NCBI GenBank assembly: GCA_964270895.1
Contig: OZ185435.1
Direction: 5' to 3' (one strand)
DNA: 64,000 nt
From: Podarcis filfolensis
Taxonomy: Eukaryota
The stretch's first letter is position 1, and each line of letters starts with the position of its first letter. The notes under the pieces are model-generated. The model saw only the letters and a list, made by a program, of their open reading frames with translations. It ran no database searches and was not told the DNA's origin. The translations under genes and the position numbers were made by a program. This document shows, piece after piece, positions 14,174 through 33,104 of the stretch.

Positions 14174-16054
14174 TTCTAGGCCCTAGCATAACTTTCTCTG
14201 TGGTTCATGAGCAGCTTTAATGAGTGTAAACAGACCAATTGTAATTCCATGACTAAATCATAGTCCTGGAATAGTTCTAATGATCCCCCTTTGTGAACTA
14301 TTAAAGTTTTTTGTGGGTGATTGCCTACTAAGTCATATTCATACAAATTTAATAATAAATAAATAGATCATTAAGTTTATTGATTTCAATGGGTCTACTC
14401 TAAGCATGAATTAATTGGCTGTCTCCCTATATCTTTTTGATAGGCAATGTGCCTGAAGAGTTTGGCTTGTAGTGCAGATAGTGTAGCAGTTGCTAATGCA
14501 ATGTTAAATATAAACCAAAGAGAACTCTACGAGTCTTACTGGAGCCCTGCTCAATATATAGTGCATCCTAGTTGTTAATGTTGATTCATTACATCATTGC
14601 CATTTGCTTCTGAAAAACTTGCAGGCTTAAACAGTGGCTTATTATTGAGATAAATGCTTCCAGCTTCTCGAGATCCGAACTGTAAGGTCATTTGAATGTT
14701 GCGCTCATGTGTATGAGTGCACATAGATCTGTACACATAAAATGTAACTCTTCCTTGACACAATTTTTGTATGAGCTTTTCACTTCTGTTGCGGGAGGCA
14801 CTACACTGTTGTTGCAGAACTTTTAAATGTTGCGTGTGGGTGACTTTTTGAAAGAACAGTAGTATTTGTACAACGTGAAGGAGGTAGATACTCCCACATA
14901 TTCCTGCATATTCTTTCTCTCTCATCTGAAGAAGTCTTTGAAATAGTATAGTTTTGAGGCTAAAAACAAATGACGTGTCTGTTGGAGAAATCTATAATGT
15001 GTGTCCTAAAGACACTCTTCTGGAATCAGTGTTGTACAGTTTAAGCCACATATTGATGTCTTGATTGATTCAAACCTATTCATCAAATTGAATGGCAGCT
15101 ATGGTGAAATGTATCTCTATTAAACCTTTTACTTTTTATATTAATTGCAAAGCAAACCCTGATGCCTTTGCATAAGATTTGGAGAAAAGGACACATGCTT
15201 GCAGAATCTTACATTTTGGTAGCATTTGCTACAGTATAGTTTCTCCTGGAAAAGGGCTATGACTTGAGAAGTACCAAGGTTGCTGCTGTTTATAATTAAG
15301 CTTTGTGGAAATTGATGCTTATTGAAAGTACACAGTGCAAAGGTTTCACAGTTCTTGACAGCAACTTTATAATGAAAAAATAGTGCTTTTTTTTTGGCTG
15401 ATATTATAAGGAATGCATACAATTCTCTTTATTACAGGGTTCTTTCCTGAAAAGATCTATTCTTTGTCCAGTACACTTTCTCTTTCTGTTCTCCTGTTTG
15501 GGTGTGCCTCTTAGATGGAAGAATTGCTGTGCTGCATTGCAGTGGTTTCATTGCTGTAGTGTTGGCTGCTAAAGCAATGACATCATCCTCTGAATTGTCA
15601 GTTATTAACCGGGCTCTTCCCTTTTTATCTTAGTTCTTCTGCTATTTTTATATATAATATATATCTTAAATTCAAACTGTTTGAGGAAGCTGACTGCTTT
15701 TAAATAAATCTGATTTCCTCTCAATTTGAGAAGACCTGGATTTTGTTGAGAAGCCGGAGTAGGCTAACATAGAATAAAGGGAAAGAGAGAGGTTTTTGTG
15801 CAATAAAGTTAATGCTAATGAATTCCTCTAGCTTCAGAGTCATGCATTTTGAGGGATACAAGGCTGCAGCCCTGTACCTGGAAGCAAGCCTCAAACCAAG
15901 ACTTAATTTGAGTAGATATGTTTAAGATTAAGTTGTGTTGTGTGTCTAAATATTTAGGCATTCTAACTTGAATGTAAAGTTCTGAACATGTGGCTCATAA
16001 AGGAAATGAGGGGAGAGGACATAAAAATAATAAAAGTTTCCTAATTCTTTACAG

Positions 16055-16142
16055 AGGATGTTGGTGATGAAGGAGAGGAAGAGAAGGAATTTATTTCCTA
16101 TGGCATAAGTACTGACATTCATTATGGGATGAAGTCAAACAG
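16055..16142 (+). CDS. DYNC1H1: DYNC1H1 exon 2
   Basis: ag|[13 protein letters not shown]...MKSN|gtgagt, 88 nt. Confidence 0.97.
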
Positions 16143-16599
16143 GTGAGTCAAATCTGTGTCTCTTCTGACAATAAACAAACAAGCTGTTCACTTGATGCAG
16201 TTGCGGGGCTGAAGAGGAATTCTGAGATTTAGGAAAAAGCTCTGTCGGTAGGAAATTCTCACCTGGGCCAATGTTAGTTGGGCAGGAAGAGATGAATGAG
16301 AGCCATGCCCACTGACTGATAGAGGCCTTTCGTATGACTGCAGAATGTCTCTGCCATCTTCTCCTGCTGTTCCTGCCAGCTCCACCAATTTTCTATGCTC
16401 ACATAATGTAGAAATGTTGTTCCTTCTTTCTAACTGGGAAGTGCAAAATGAAGGAGAGAGCGAGAGCTATGCTTTTTGCCTGAGTGCCTCTTTCTCCCTC
16501 GTGATCCCAATTGTGACAAAAAAAAACCACCAAAAAAACCAAGGCAGATATTTAAAAGGGGGTGGGATCCATAACAACAACAAAGAAAAAACAAAAAGA

Positions 16600-16712
16600 A
16601 TTTTATTATTTATAAGCCACCCATCTGACTGGGTTGCCCCAGCCACTCTGGTCAGTTCCCAACAAAATATTAAAAACACAGTAAAACATCAAACATTATA
16701 AACTTCCCTATA
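16600..16712 (-). mobile_element. L2 LINE 3' end
   Basis: Reverse complement (TAGGGAAGTTT...GGCAACCCAGTCAGATGGGTGG...TAAATAAT) matches the L2 end at 20000-20095. Confidence 0.65.
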
Positions 16713-17467
16713 AGCTTCTAAAGAGAAGAGGTTAGTAATTTCCATGAGTGTGCATACAATATTTTTTCCTGAATTCCCCATCCCACCCCGCAAATTTGGT
16801 TCACACCAAATCCTGGACCAAGCCACTGGTTGGCATTTCTCTTCTGAGCATAAACCCATGGTCTTGAGTCTGGAAAGACAACCTGGGGACATCTGATTTT
16901 CTGCCTGGGGAGTGCCTTCTGACAGCAGATGCAGTCATGAGCAAGGCTTACTCATGAGTAGAACTACAAACAGGAAGAACCTTAGCTAGCTGTTTACTGT
17001 AGAGCCCAAGCAGATGATCTTGCAGATTGATCTGTGAACTGCATATCTGCAAACAGAAGAAAGCAAGTACATGGCGAAGGGGGAACAGAAAGGAGAAGCT
17101 TCTTTCCTCCTTTTCTTAGAAAAGAACTTCCACCTGCAAATATAGTTGATGCTACAAGACAGAATTAAACCATGTCCCTGACTCCTCACTCCCTTAGCCC
17201 CTGTGAGACCCCATTCACATTGCATCCTCATTCTGCATACAAGGGCATAGAGTCTGGGTAGGCGAGATTTTACCCACGCAAAATACCATATTACTTCAAT
17301 CCTAATCATTGAAACTTTTCTTTCTTTTAAAATGTTAGGAAAGCTTTAAATGTCTAGAACTTCTTTAAGTCTAGAAATAAGACTCCCCCTAAAGAGATGA
17401 GTGTACATTAAACTACAGTTACCTTGTGAACCCCAAAATACATATGTTCTCAGGTTAAATTGAATAG

Positions 17468-17671
<204 letters not shown>

Positions 17672-18081
17672 TAACTACTTTCGTTTGTGTAATTTCTAGC
17701 CGTTGTGTACGTGAAGGAATAAAAGATGTGCAGGGGAAGGAAGATATAACTGGAAAGTAGATGGTGGTCAAGATCCTAAGAGCTTTGTGTGTATGTTGAA
17801 GCACATGTTTGTGTGGATTAGAGCTTCCCCAAGCTTTTCTTCTGACTGCAGCTTCTCTGCATTAGAGGCCTGCTCCCAAAGATCCCCAGAGATTAGAGAG
17901 CAGCTTGCCAAACAACATGGGTAATATTGAACTATGTTAAATTGAACCTCATTGGCTAGCCATTTGACATCTTAGCCTCACGTGCTAGCTTAAGAAATTT
18001 GAAAAATGGAAATATATGTTGTCTTTATAGGGTGGGGAGGGCAGCTGCATGCACATTAATTGTACGTGACTCTGTGATTGA

Positions 18082-18420
<339 letters not shown>

Positions 18421-18997
18421 TAGTTCGTTGTTGGATACCTTCCCAGTTGCGTATTGTTAAAGTGAGGATGAAATCTTCAGTGTGTAATCTGGAGCATATT
18501 TGGAATTGCATGTTCTTAATTTAAAAATAAGAACCAGTTACACATTTTACTTTCCTATATCTTCCCATTAACTATTTTATGTGTAGCAATGTGAACACAC
18601 TCGGGTACATTATTTAGCAGTTTTATTTTTTTAAATAAACCCTTCCATCTACTTTGAGATAATCTCTCTGAAGCTGATGAATGTAAGTAATCCATAGATT
18701 AATATTTTGGAGATGGGAGATAATGCCTATATAACCAAATGGTCTTATAGTTTACATTGAAACTCCTTAATATTTAGGATTGCAGCTGTAGTGTTGGAAT
18801 CAGGTTTTCATTTGCAGCTAAGTCCTTTTCTGTACATAGGTAGGACTATGCTCAGTTCCAGTCAGGCAACATCTTTTTTTGCTCTGCCCTCTGTTTACAT
18901 AGCCAAGTAGTTAGAACAAAGCAGGATGGAAATGTGGTTCAGCAGGCAGTATGATCATAGGTTATGCCTTCAGTTGCTTTGACTCCACCATTTTTGA

Positions 18998-19270
<273 letters not shown>

Positions 19271-19332
19271 TAGCTGTTGTAGCACATTTACATTAACACG
19301 AGCCAAGTGATTAAATGCTTTTAAATGTTTGA

Positions 19333-19686
<354 letters not shown>

Positions 19687-19789
19687 TGAGCTAAACTTTT
19701 GGAAAGAATTACAGCCACATTGAACTCCTCCTTGCTAACTGAAGCCTTAGCATTGGAATAAGTAATAAAAGGTAGAGATGTGTGGTGAC

Positions 19790-20098
19790 ACAACCTTTGG
19801 CCCTGTATACCTGAAGGAGTGTCTCCACCATCATCATTTAGCCTGGACACTGAGATTGAGCGCTGAGGGCCTTCTGGTGGTTATTTCACTGTGAGAAGTG
19901 ATGTTACTCAGTGGTAGCGCATGCCCTGTGGAATGCCCTCCCATCAGATGTCAAGGAAATAAACATTTGACTTATAAAATACATTTGAAGACAGCCCTGT
20001 TTAGGGAAGTATTTAATGTTTGGTGTTTTATCACGTTTTAATAATCTGTTGGGAGCAGCCCACAGTGGTTGCGGCAACCCAGTCAGATGGGCGGATGT
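19790..20098 (+). mobile_element. L2 LINE 3' fragment
   Basis: GGCCCTGTATACCTGAAGGAGTGTCTCC...GAGGGCCTTCTGG...CCCTGTGGAATGCCCTCCCATCAGATGTCAAGG...CAACCCAGTCAGATGGGCGG. Confidence 0.7.
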
Positions 20099-20260
20099 TG
20101 TTGGTCATAATACCAAAGTCATTGTTTGGTGCAATATAGCTTTTTCTACTCTTTCATAATCTACCAGTCCATCCCCCCTGCAAATAAAGATCTATCATCA
20201 CATCCTTAGTGAATGCATACAATATGCAGAATTTGTGTGATGGAGAATGGTGTTCAGTGA

Positions 20261-20536
<276 letters not shown>

Positions 20537-20953
20537 TAGAGACTTGGGTTGTGATTTGTTAGAATGGAACTAGTCCATTCGAAGTAAGAACTTACTCTTG
20601 TCTTGACCCAGACTATTTTCACCTAGAACAATTTCTACGAAGCAAGCTGCCCCTCATTTGCAATGAACGGTTTAAATCCATTTCCAAAGGAATTGCTTCA
20701 GTGCAAGAGAGCTCCCCCTACTGGTTCTTAGGATAAATGCTAAAACGAAAAGCTTGATAGTCATTGAATTATGATTATCAAGAAACACATTAAAAGAGGC
20801 CCTGAAAATCTGGCTAACAAGTGAGCTAGTGAGTGAAATAACCACGGCTGCTGGTTGTTGAACATTTGTTAGGGGAAGAGGCCATGTTGCTGTGTGTTCT
20901 TGGTAGTGTGATTACTACTGCTGTTGCTTAATGGTATCTTTTTATCTTTTTAG

Positions 20954-22042
<1,089 letters not shown>

Positions 22043-22595
22043 TGAAGTTTATTATTGGGATTTGGGGTTTTTGCAGTGCATGATTTATCAATAATGTATT
22101 GCTTCAGTAAAGAAACCTTGGAGAAATTGCCATTCAGCTGTTCAGTAGCCATAATGCCAACACTCTAAAACTGGCCTGGCAGGAAAGCCTCATGCAACAA
22201 TGGATTTTGATACAGCCTTTTTATAAAATATTTCAGTCAACTAGAAGTAAGGCAATACTGACTCTATAAAACAGGTTATAGTATTTTTTGTCAAAACTTA
22301 GTACAGTATTACATACCAGACAGGCTGTCAGTCTAGTTAGTGGAATCAATACTTCAAAATGCAGGGTTTTTTTTAAATTGTATTCAAATGCAGTGATCCT
22401 GAGAGAAGCAACTTAACACTGGTAATAAGCATGTACTTGTTTGTCTAAATTATGAATCCACTGTGAGTAAGGATATATTAGACTTACATGTTGGAAAGGC
22501 AACTTAGACATTCGTTAATAGCTGGCTTTATGGAGAACAATCATTTTGCATACTGAAACTGAGCTTTAAAGACTGTTTTCATTTCTGCCTTTTAG

Positions 22596-22901
<306 letters not shown>

Positions 22902-23906
22902 TGATATATCCCATCACGGGCTGCAGAGTCCAACTGCAAGGCTACAAATGTATGTGATACTAAAACAATAGGCTCAGCAGTAATGCCCAGCATTCTTCTG
23001 CATTATTGTGGCCATTAATTAAATTTGTATACCACTCTTTATCCAAATATCTCCAGGCAGTTCACAGCCTTTCATGAAAGTATGTCGTCAGCTGGTGCCT
23101 AAAAGGTATAAGAGCCAATGACAGCTGTACAGGCAACTCCCCATTTACTTGTGTTCCAAGGCATACATGACCATCCACACACGCATCGCCGCAATCCCAG
23201 AAGTGGCAAAAAAGAGGGGGGAAACGGCCCTAAAATCATGAAAATGTTATCTAGCAATCCCACGAGCCTTTGCACTGACCTTTCAGGCCTGTGGAGAGTT
23301 GGGAGTTTGAGCAAGGAGGTTTGGAGGCAGCAGTTGTGGAGTTTGGTGCATTTTTGGTTTTAAAAAGGTTTCCAGAGGTTTAAAGGATGTTTGCAGGCTT
23401 GTTCCCAATATACACAATTTCAATTAAATGCATGGTACCTTGGAACGTAACCCCCCACATAAATTGGGAGTTGCCTATATTTCAGAGGAGAGGGAGTTCC
23501 ATAACTGGGGTGCTGCCACTGAGAAAGCCCTGCTTTGCAGCACCACATAATTAACTGCTGACAGCTGAGGTACCACAGGGAGTACCTCCTCTCCCACCCA
23601 CCACAGATCTCAGTACATAGGTGGGGCTGTGTGGGAGGAGTCACTTGCAGGTACAAAGGTCCCAAGCTGTATAGTCAGTCACACACTGCTCCAGTTAACC
23701 TAATTCAGCCAAGAAGGACAAGTGTCTAGAGGACATGTTGTCAGGGGGCTCTAATTACCAGTCCATATCCTCGGGTCTCAAAGGGGATAATAAGAAAGGA
23801 TGCTGATAAGAAAAATCTTTCCGTGGATGTTTAGTAGCATGTGCTAACTTCAGGTCTGCTGCGTTTCTTGCAGTACTTCAGTTTTGTTAATGCAATTGCT
23901 TCCTAG

Positions 23907-24080
<174 letters not shown>

Positions 24081-24933
24081 TGAATCCATGGAGTCTTGCA
24101 AGCTGGAAGTAATGCATGCAAAATCTCTAACTAGAAAAAAATGTGTATTGAAATGATGCAGTATAACTTAAGTCTTGTCCTGTGTTTGCCCAATTCTGGT
24201 AAATCTGATGATCTTCCACAAAATTTGGCATCCAGAGAATCCATAATTTTGCTGAATGAAGTTCCCAGCTCTTATGATCACAGAAAGAATGCTTATATTA
24301 TGAGCATTTATTTAAAGGCTTGGAGTTGCAGGGAACTGGGATGTCTTGAGCTCTTTCATCTAATCATTGGCCAGCCTCCGCCATCCTTTTCCATCCTTTT
24401 TAGTCCTGTTCAATTCCCTGCATCTTGTGGGGAGTAGTTATTTGTTCTATTGTTACAGGATGTATTGCGTTCATCAACCTTTACAATAACTGTTACTGAA
24501 TCAAATGACAAATATATGTACTGCTGAAGACACCATGCTTGGAAATAAATAAAAACATTTTTAAAAAAGAATTTCAGAGACAAAGGGTACAGCTCTGTGT
24601 CAGGGAGCTTTCATTCTAAAATTTGACAAGTTTAAGAGATCATGGAGGAGAGGATATAGATTGCATATATGTGCTTAGCCTTGATGGTGAAGATTAAGGC
24701 TTAAGCTAAAGGCTTTACAGGGGAGGTGGTTTTTTGGAAACTCTGAACAGAAAACATAACTTTGCCTACTGCAGTTTATATTTGTGCTATAATGCACAGA
24801 TATAAAGATAACTTTCCAACTTAATACCACCGTCAAATTTTGGGTAATCCTACCAGACTAATGATAATTTAATGCATTTTGTTATTATTTCCTCCAGTAA
24901 ACCAAAACTGAACATGGCTTTATATTCCTGCAG

Positions 24934-25080
24934 AATGTTGTGCATGAACTGCGGATAACCAACCAGGTAATCTACCTGAATCCACCCATTGAAGACTGCA
25001 GATACAAACTGTTCCAAGAACTGTTTGCTTGGAAGATGGTAATACTGTCGCTACCTAGAATCCAAAGTCAGAGATATCAG
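24934..25080 (+). CDS. DYNC1H1: DYNC1H1 exon 11
   Basis: ag|[11 protein letters not shown]...QSQRYQ|gtaaga, 147 nt. Confidence 0.96.
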
Positions 25081-25213
25081 GTAAGAATAAAGAAATACTA
25101 CTTTTGAATCTCAAGAATCTTGATTTATCCTAAAACTTTTTTTAAAAAAATATGTTATCAAAGCTCTCATTGCTTTTAAATCAAAATGTGGTACATCTTC
25201 TGTGTTTTGTTAG

Positions 25214-25438
<225 letters not shown>

Positions 25439-25589
25439 TGATGAGTTATTTAACATTTGTTTAAAGTACAGTGTTTACAGTTTTGGTTACCAGTTCATAA
25501 ACCCAAGAATTGGATATATCTAATAGCTTACAAATCCTTAAAATGAAAAATTCAGGTATTTCTTTTGTGTGTGCACAATCGATCTGTAG

Positions 25590-25766
25590 GTTTGGCTCCA
25601 GTATCAATGTTTATGGGATATGCAAGCTGAGAATATCTACAACCGCCTTGGAGAAGACTTAAATAAGTGGCAAGCACTCTTGGTTCAGATAAGAAAAGCC
25701 AGAGGAACCTTTGACAATGCTGAAACCAGGAAGGAATTTGGGCCTGTTATCATCGACTATGGAAAG
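25590..25766 (+). CDS. DYNC1H1: DYNC1H1 exon 13
   Basis: ag|[12 protein letters not shown]...IDYGK|gtaaac, 177 nt. Confidence 0.97.
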
Positions 25767-26068
25767 GTAAACACCCTGAAGGAAAATAGATCTGATAGTA
25801 GAGATATAGAATCATAGAATTGTGGAGTTGGAAGGAAGCCCATGCAGGAATAATGTAGTAGATATCTCCTGCATTAATTTTCATTAAACAGTATCAAATA
25901 ACAGACCACAAGTAGAAGGGGTGGGGGAATGAGTAAATAAACTTAGTTGGTCTCTAAGGTGCTACTGGACAATTTTTTAATTTATTTCTACAGTATGTAA
26001 GAAACACAAGTTTGCAAATTATAAGATAGATGGCATAGAGTAAAATTACCACTGTTTTAATTGTATAG

Positions 26069-26242
<174 letters not shown>

Positions 26243-26526
26243 TAACCATAGATAGCAACACTTGCTTCTCTTCTCTCAATATGGGATGAAAGAGATTGTT
26301 CCATGTCAAAGCTTTCTTACTTTGGGACTCTTAGAGGGGAAAAAACCATGCGTAATAGTGGGATGTCTGAAGAACTGTGAGTGCCTGTATATGCCTGTAT
26401 TAAACTAATTGGGTGTGATTGGCACCTCCATAGAGGCTTTCCTTGTCTTTTGAACAGGGCATCTAAAACTTACTCCCTTTCCTTTATGAGAGCATTTTTT
26501 AAAATTTCCTTTTTCCCATTTCTTAG

Positions 26527-26724
<198 letters not shown>

Positions 26725-26912
26725 TGATCGAAGCCTGTTCCAAATAAAACATTGCTGTACATATCTCCTATTCAGGTTATGTGTCAAAATAAAATACCCT
26801 TTAAATTTAACAAAATAAAAACCCCCTACATAGTGACAAGTCTCAGTGCAATGGTAGCATCTGAACTTGGCACTTTTTGTTATAATAGTAACTTATTTTT
26901 TGGTGCCTATAG

Positions 26913-27203
<291 letters not shown>

Positions 27204-27594
27204 TGACACCTATGATCTCCTTCAGCCAAAACATACATCTAGTGGTGCACTTAACAGCTTGAGCACCATACAAATACTATCTTGCCTTAAGTCAGGCTGA
27301 GACCCACCAATTGAAGACCAGTGATCTAAATTATGTGTCCATTATGAATGCTTGTAATTGTGCTTAGCTGTCTCATTCACTAACAAACCCCAATGATACT
27401 TGGGACTAACCGGCTCAGCACGACTTGGAGAACTGGAGAATTTGGTGCTTTTATATTCCTTGACATCCAACTTAATGGGAAGTCTGAAAACGGAGTGCTT
27501 GTACCTCTCATCTGCAAAACTGGGATATGCTATATTTCAAAATAGCTTAAAGTAGTCATACACCATCTATAAAAGTGAAATTTGGTACACGTAG

Positions 27595-27828
<234 letters not shown>

Positions 27829-27987
27829 TGAAAATCTAGTAGCCGGGCGTATAAATTTCAGCTGCTGTATTCCGCAGAAAGACCTTTCCAGCTACGCTGA
27901 TCAAAACCTACTAGAATTATTTGTCATATCCTGCTTTCTACCCCCCTCTACAATTACTGATGTTTCGAACCATCTCTTGCCTCGTAG

Positions 27988-28218
<231 letters not shown>

Positions 28219-28964
28219 TGACATGGTTTGGCACATATTTGATAGCGCTGATTAAACCTATGGCCCAGGGACCTCAATCCTGTCCCAGAGCACCCTGACC
28301 ATCTCTGCACATCTCTGAACTAACTTGGGCATAGGAAGCTAACCTGTCAGTAAGGCAGAGGGACCACCCTACCAGTGGCTACCACTGCAGGCTTCAACAT
28401 TGGCTTCTTTACCTTTCTGTTTAAATTAGCAGTGCAGCTCGTCGGCATTTGTAATCAAGGGGGAAGAATTTGGGATGCAGAGAAGGATGGTGAGGATATT
28501 GGATGACAGGGAGATTTAGGTTTGTAAGATGGGTGGAGGCATCTGCTATGACATTTGGAAGACTTTGGAGAGCTGCAGAGGGATACTCAGCAAAGGAGAA
28601 GCTGAAATTATGTTGTGAAACACCCTAACATCTATGGATAAAGGGTGGTATACAAATTTGATAAATAATAATAAAATTGGGTGGCATGGTGGTACTGGTA
28701 TGGAATTTGGGCAGGGAGGATGCAGATAAGTAGCACATTGGCACCATTTTAGAAGAACACGTAGAATGAGTTTGTGAGGCTAGTCTTTTTTAGGGAGTCT
28801 TTGGGTGACTTGATAAAGAGCATAAAGAACAACTTATGGGTAGGCATGCAGATGGGCTCTTGCCTTATCAGAAAGGAGAACAAGATAATAACTTGGTCAG
28901 TGTTCCTGGCAAACAGGACTGCTTGGGTGAGCTGTCGGTTAATAAAGATGACAGATGGGTAATA

Positions 28965-29218
28965 CAGTCATACCTCGGGTTGAATACGCTTCGAGTTGAG
29001 CGCGTTTGAGTTGTGCTCCGCGGCAACCCGGAAGTAATGGAGCACGTTACTTGTGGGTTTCGCCGCTTGCGCATGCGCAGACGCTCAAAATGACGTCATG
29101 CGCAGAAGCGGCGAAAAGTGACGCGCACGTGCGGAGACGTGCCGTCGCTAGTTAAGTTTACCTCTAGATGCGAACGGGGCTCCGGAACGGATCCGATTTG
29201 TATCTAGAGGTACCACTG
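28965..29218. mobile_element. Tc1/mariner-type MITE (TA TSD)
   Basis: TA|CAGTCATACCTC ... GAGGTACCACTG|TA; CpG-rich interior; related to the copy at 53408. Confidence 0.85.
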
Positions 29219-29278
29219 TACTCAGCAATTTGCGCAGTCTGTTAACTTGTTAAAAGTTGCTCCCTATCTTCCTTATAG

Positions 29279-29389
29279 CTTCGACAAAGTCTAGATGGCT
29301 TACTCAACCAGCTGAAAAATTTCCCTGCTCGCTTACGGCAATATGCATCCTATGAATACGTGCAGAGGCTCCTGAAAGGTTACATGAAG
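29279..29389 (+). CDS. DYNC1H1: DYNC1H1 exon 19
   Basis: ag|[11 protein letters not shown]...KGYMK|gtaagc, 111 nt. Confidence 0.96.
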
Positions 29390-29440
29390 GTAAGCTTGCT
29401 TGTGAAAGACCTCTGGATAGAACATCGTGCTGATGCCTAA

Positions 29441-29707
<267 letters not shown>

Positions 29708-30382
29708 TAATAAATCCTTTTGCTCGTTCAAAAACTTTAAATCTATATTTACAGCGAAGTTCCCTTAACTCAAACAAAACCATTGTCACTGAAGGAAGAC
29801 AAGTCCGGATGCAATGGTTGCTACTTATTTCTGACCCTGCATAGTGAGAGAGTAAAGGGAAAGTGGCAGGAAGGCTTGCTGGAAAAGGCTAAGAGGCTTC
29901 CTTCAAGGAACACAGCCTTCTGCACTCAGGAGTGCTGGGGAGTTTTCTTCCTGAAGAGGAAGCAACAACTTGCTGGCAATATTCTGTTCTTCCCAAGGAA
30001 GTCCAGTTTTTTAGAGGACAGTTGGTTAAACCTATGTCAGGCTTCAGGGTGTATTTCAAAAAGTTCTGTTCTTAGAAGCTGCTGTTGATTTTAATCATCT
30101 ACGTATTGAATATTTTTGATCGATAGTGTTAACGTTTTATATTCTTGTAAACTTCTTGTCTCTATCAAGCAGTATATACATTTTATTAGATAAAGAAACA
30201 GCTAATTACTCTAGAGTGAAATAATGATAGAATCAAAAGTGGAACCATTTGAACATCTGGCCACATTTATAAGACAAAGGTCTTATAACCACTTCCTGAT
30301 GATCACTTGTTACATAGATGTACTCTGGCTCTTCATCATTTGTTGGGCTATTTTTAAAGAAAAGCAGCCTTGGCCTGCCTGA

Positions 30383-30646
<264 letters not shown>

Positions 30647-30784
30647 TGAATATGCTTCAGTTTGCACCCTTTTGTATAGCTATGACTAACTAGCAAGCAC
30701 TGAACACAATTATATGAGCTCCCCTACAATCCAGCCTGCTTTCTGAGATCATCTTGGTCCTAATTTCCCTGGAATTGCATTTAG

Positions 30785-31070
30785 TTGGCACTGGGCAGAG
30801 GGTGTTTTCGGTGTCTCATGCCCAGGCTTTTGAACCCTCTCCCAAGAGAGGCTCATCTCAGCCCTTCTTAAATGCCCTTATGCTGGGTTGTTTAAAAACC
30901 TTCCATTTTAGGAAGGCTTTTGAGTCATAAGTGTTTTTTGAGCTTTTGCTGATCAGTTTGTTGTTCTGGTTTTTTATTCTTAGTGTACTTTTTTGATTAT
31001 GCAATTTTTACATTCATTGTTAGACACGTTAAGCCCTTATTGAGGAAAAGGTGGCTATAACACAGCTTAA
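30785..31070 (+). mobile_element. Degraded L2 LINE 3' fragment
   Basis: GGCAGAGGGTGTTTTCGGTG...GGAAGGCTTTTG, T-rich 3'UTR, ...GAGGAAAAGGTGGCTATAA tail. Confidence 0.45.
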
Positions 31071-31147
31071 ATATAGTTGCAGTGTGCTTTATTTACAATA
31101 AATGTGTAACTTGGTTACATAAATTAAAGCCGTTTATTGATCTGTAG

Positions 31148-31315
<168 letters not shown>

Positions 31316-31464
31316 TAATGTTTTGTTCTTGAAGATAAATGTGAATGCAGGAATCTCTGTAACTTCTTATTTCACCCAGGAGGCTTTCATGTATAAGTGT
31401 GTCCCTCCTTTGGGACAATGACTGGTGGTGGGTTCTGTTTTGATTCAATGCTCTCTCTTCTTGA

Positions 31465-31647
<183 letters not shown>

Positions 31648-32384
31648 TAAAGAATTGATATTTCACTGCATTAGTTTTGTTCTATAAGCAGACTCTGGCA
31701 TTAATACATTGTCCCCCAGGCTTTATGTTACCTTATCATCCCCATGTTCTAATCTTGTGTTTGACCAAAAAAATTAAACCACCTGTGCAGATTTTGGCTT
31801 GGAAATATTTGGATTGGGGACAAGCTTTTAAAAGAGAGTGAACGTTGCATTAAGATATAGCTAGAGTTACGTAAAGGCCTTCAGTGTATTATAATGCAAT
31901 GAAGAGCTATACTTTATTAAATTTCTGTACCACCTTTCATCTGAAGATCGCAGGGCAGTTTACGTTTTAAAAACAAAAAAATATATACCGTAATAACTAA
32001 CAAAAACAATACCCTCCTAGTATTATTTATTAAATTTCATTTGGGAGCCTTGGATTGAAAAGTTTTGTGACTTGACACAATACTGTATGGTAACTGGATT
32101 CAGTAATTTGCGGTCTGGGCTTCCCTTGTTGTCTTAGACCGAAACTAATTACCTACCTACTAACGGTGAATGTGAATATGTAAATACAATAAACAATGCT
32201 GTCAGCTTTATTATTTTATGTTCGAATGACTTCAACCCAGAAAAGCGGCTTACAAACACCAGTAGTAAGATGGGGCCCTGGCCTTAGGCCTACAACCTAA
32301 ATATGTGACCCCCCCAAAAAAATACTGGGAGGGAGGCAGGAAAAAAGTAAACTCAGGCCCTAGCTCTCCACAGTCAGAGGCAGT

Positions 32385-32535
32385 GATGCTTCAGAATGCC
32401 AGTCGCTGGAAACCACAGGAGGGAAGAGTGCTCTTGTGCTCAGGCTCTGCTTGAAGGTTTCCCATAGACAGCTGGGTGGCCACTGAGAGCAGGATGCTGG
32501 ACTAGATGGACCATTGGCCTGAACCTCTTCTGTTA
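32385..32535 (+). mobile_element. CR1/L2-type LINE 3' end fragment
   Basis: ...GGCCACTGAGAGCAGGATGCTGGACTAGATGGACCATTGGCCTGA, a common reptile LINE 3' motif. Confidence 0.55.
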
Positions 32536-32912
32536 GCCAACAAAGGTGTTTGATCAACTGGAATGGAAAGAGTTGAAGGGGTTGGAGGAGCAAAAGGTTG
32601 CTGGTTTCAGCTGAGCTGGTGAAGTGGCCCCTTCTCCCTTCCTCTGCTGCATCCCAGTGGAGTGGGAGCTCCCAGGTAACACTTGTGGGAGGGAGAAGCC
32701 TGATAGAACTGGCTTCTCAGCATAGCTGATGGCTGCCCTGTTTCCCTTCCCTCCCTCTACTGCAGCCTAATGGAACAGCTCCTGTCAGCTGACAAATGTA
32801 GTCTTCTGTTGCTTCACTTGACAGTCCACATAGAAAAATCCTGGGTTTATTGAGGGTACTAGATGCTTGTCACTTTGCATTTCGCCGTATCCCTTTTTGT
32901 CCATTAAAATGA

Positions 32913-33104
<192 letters not shown>

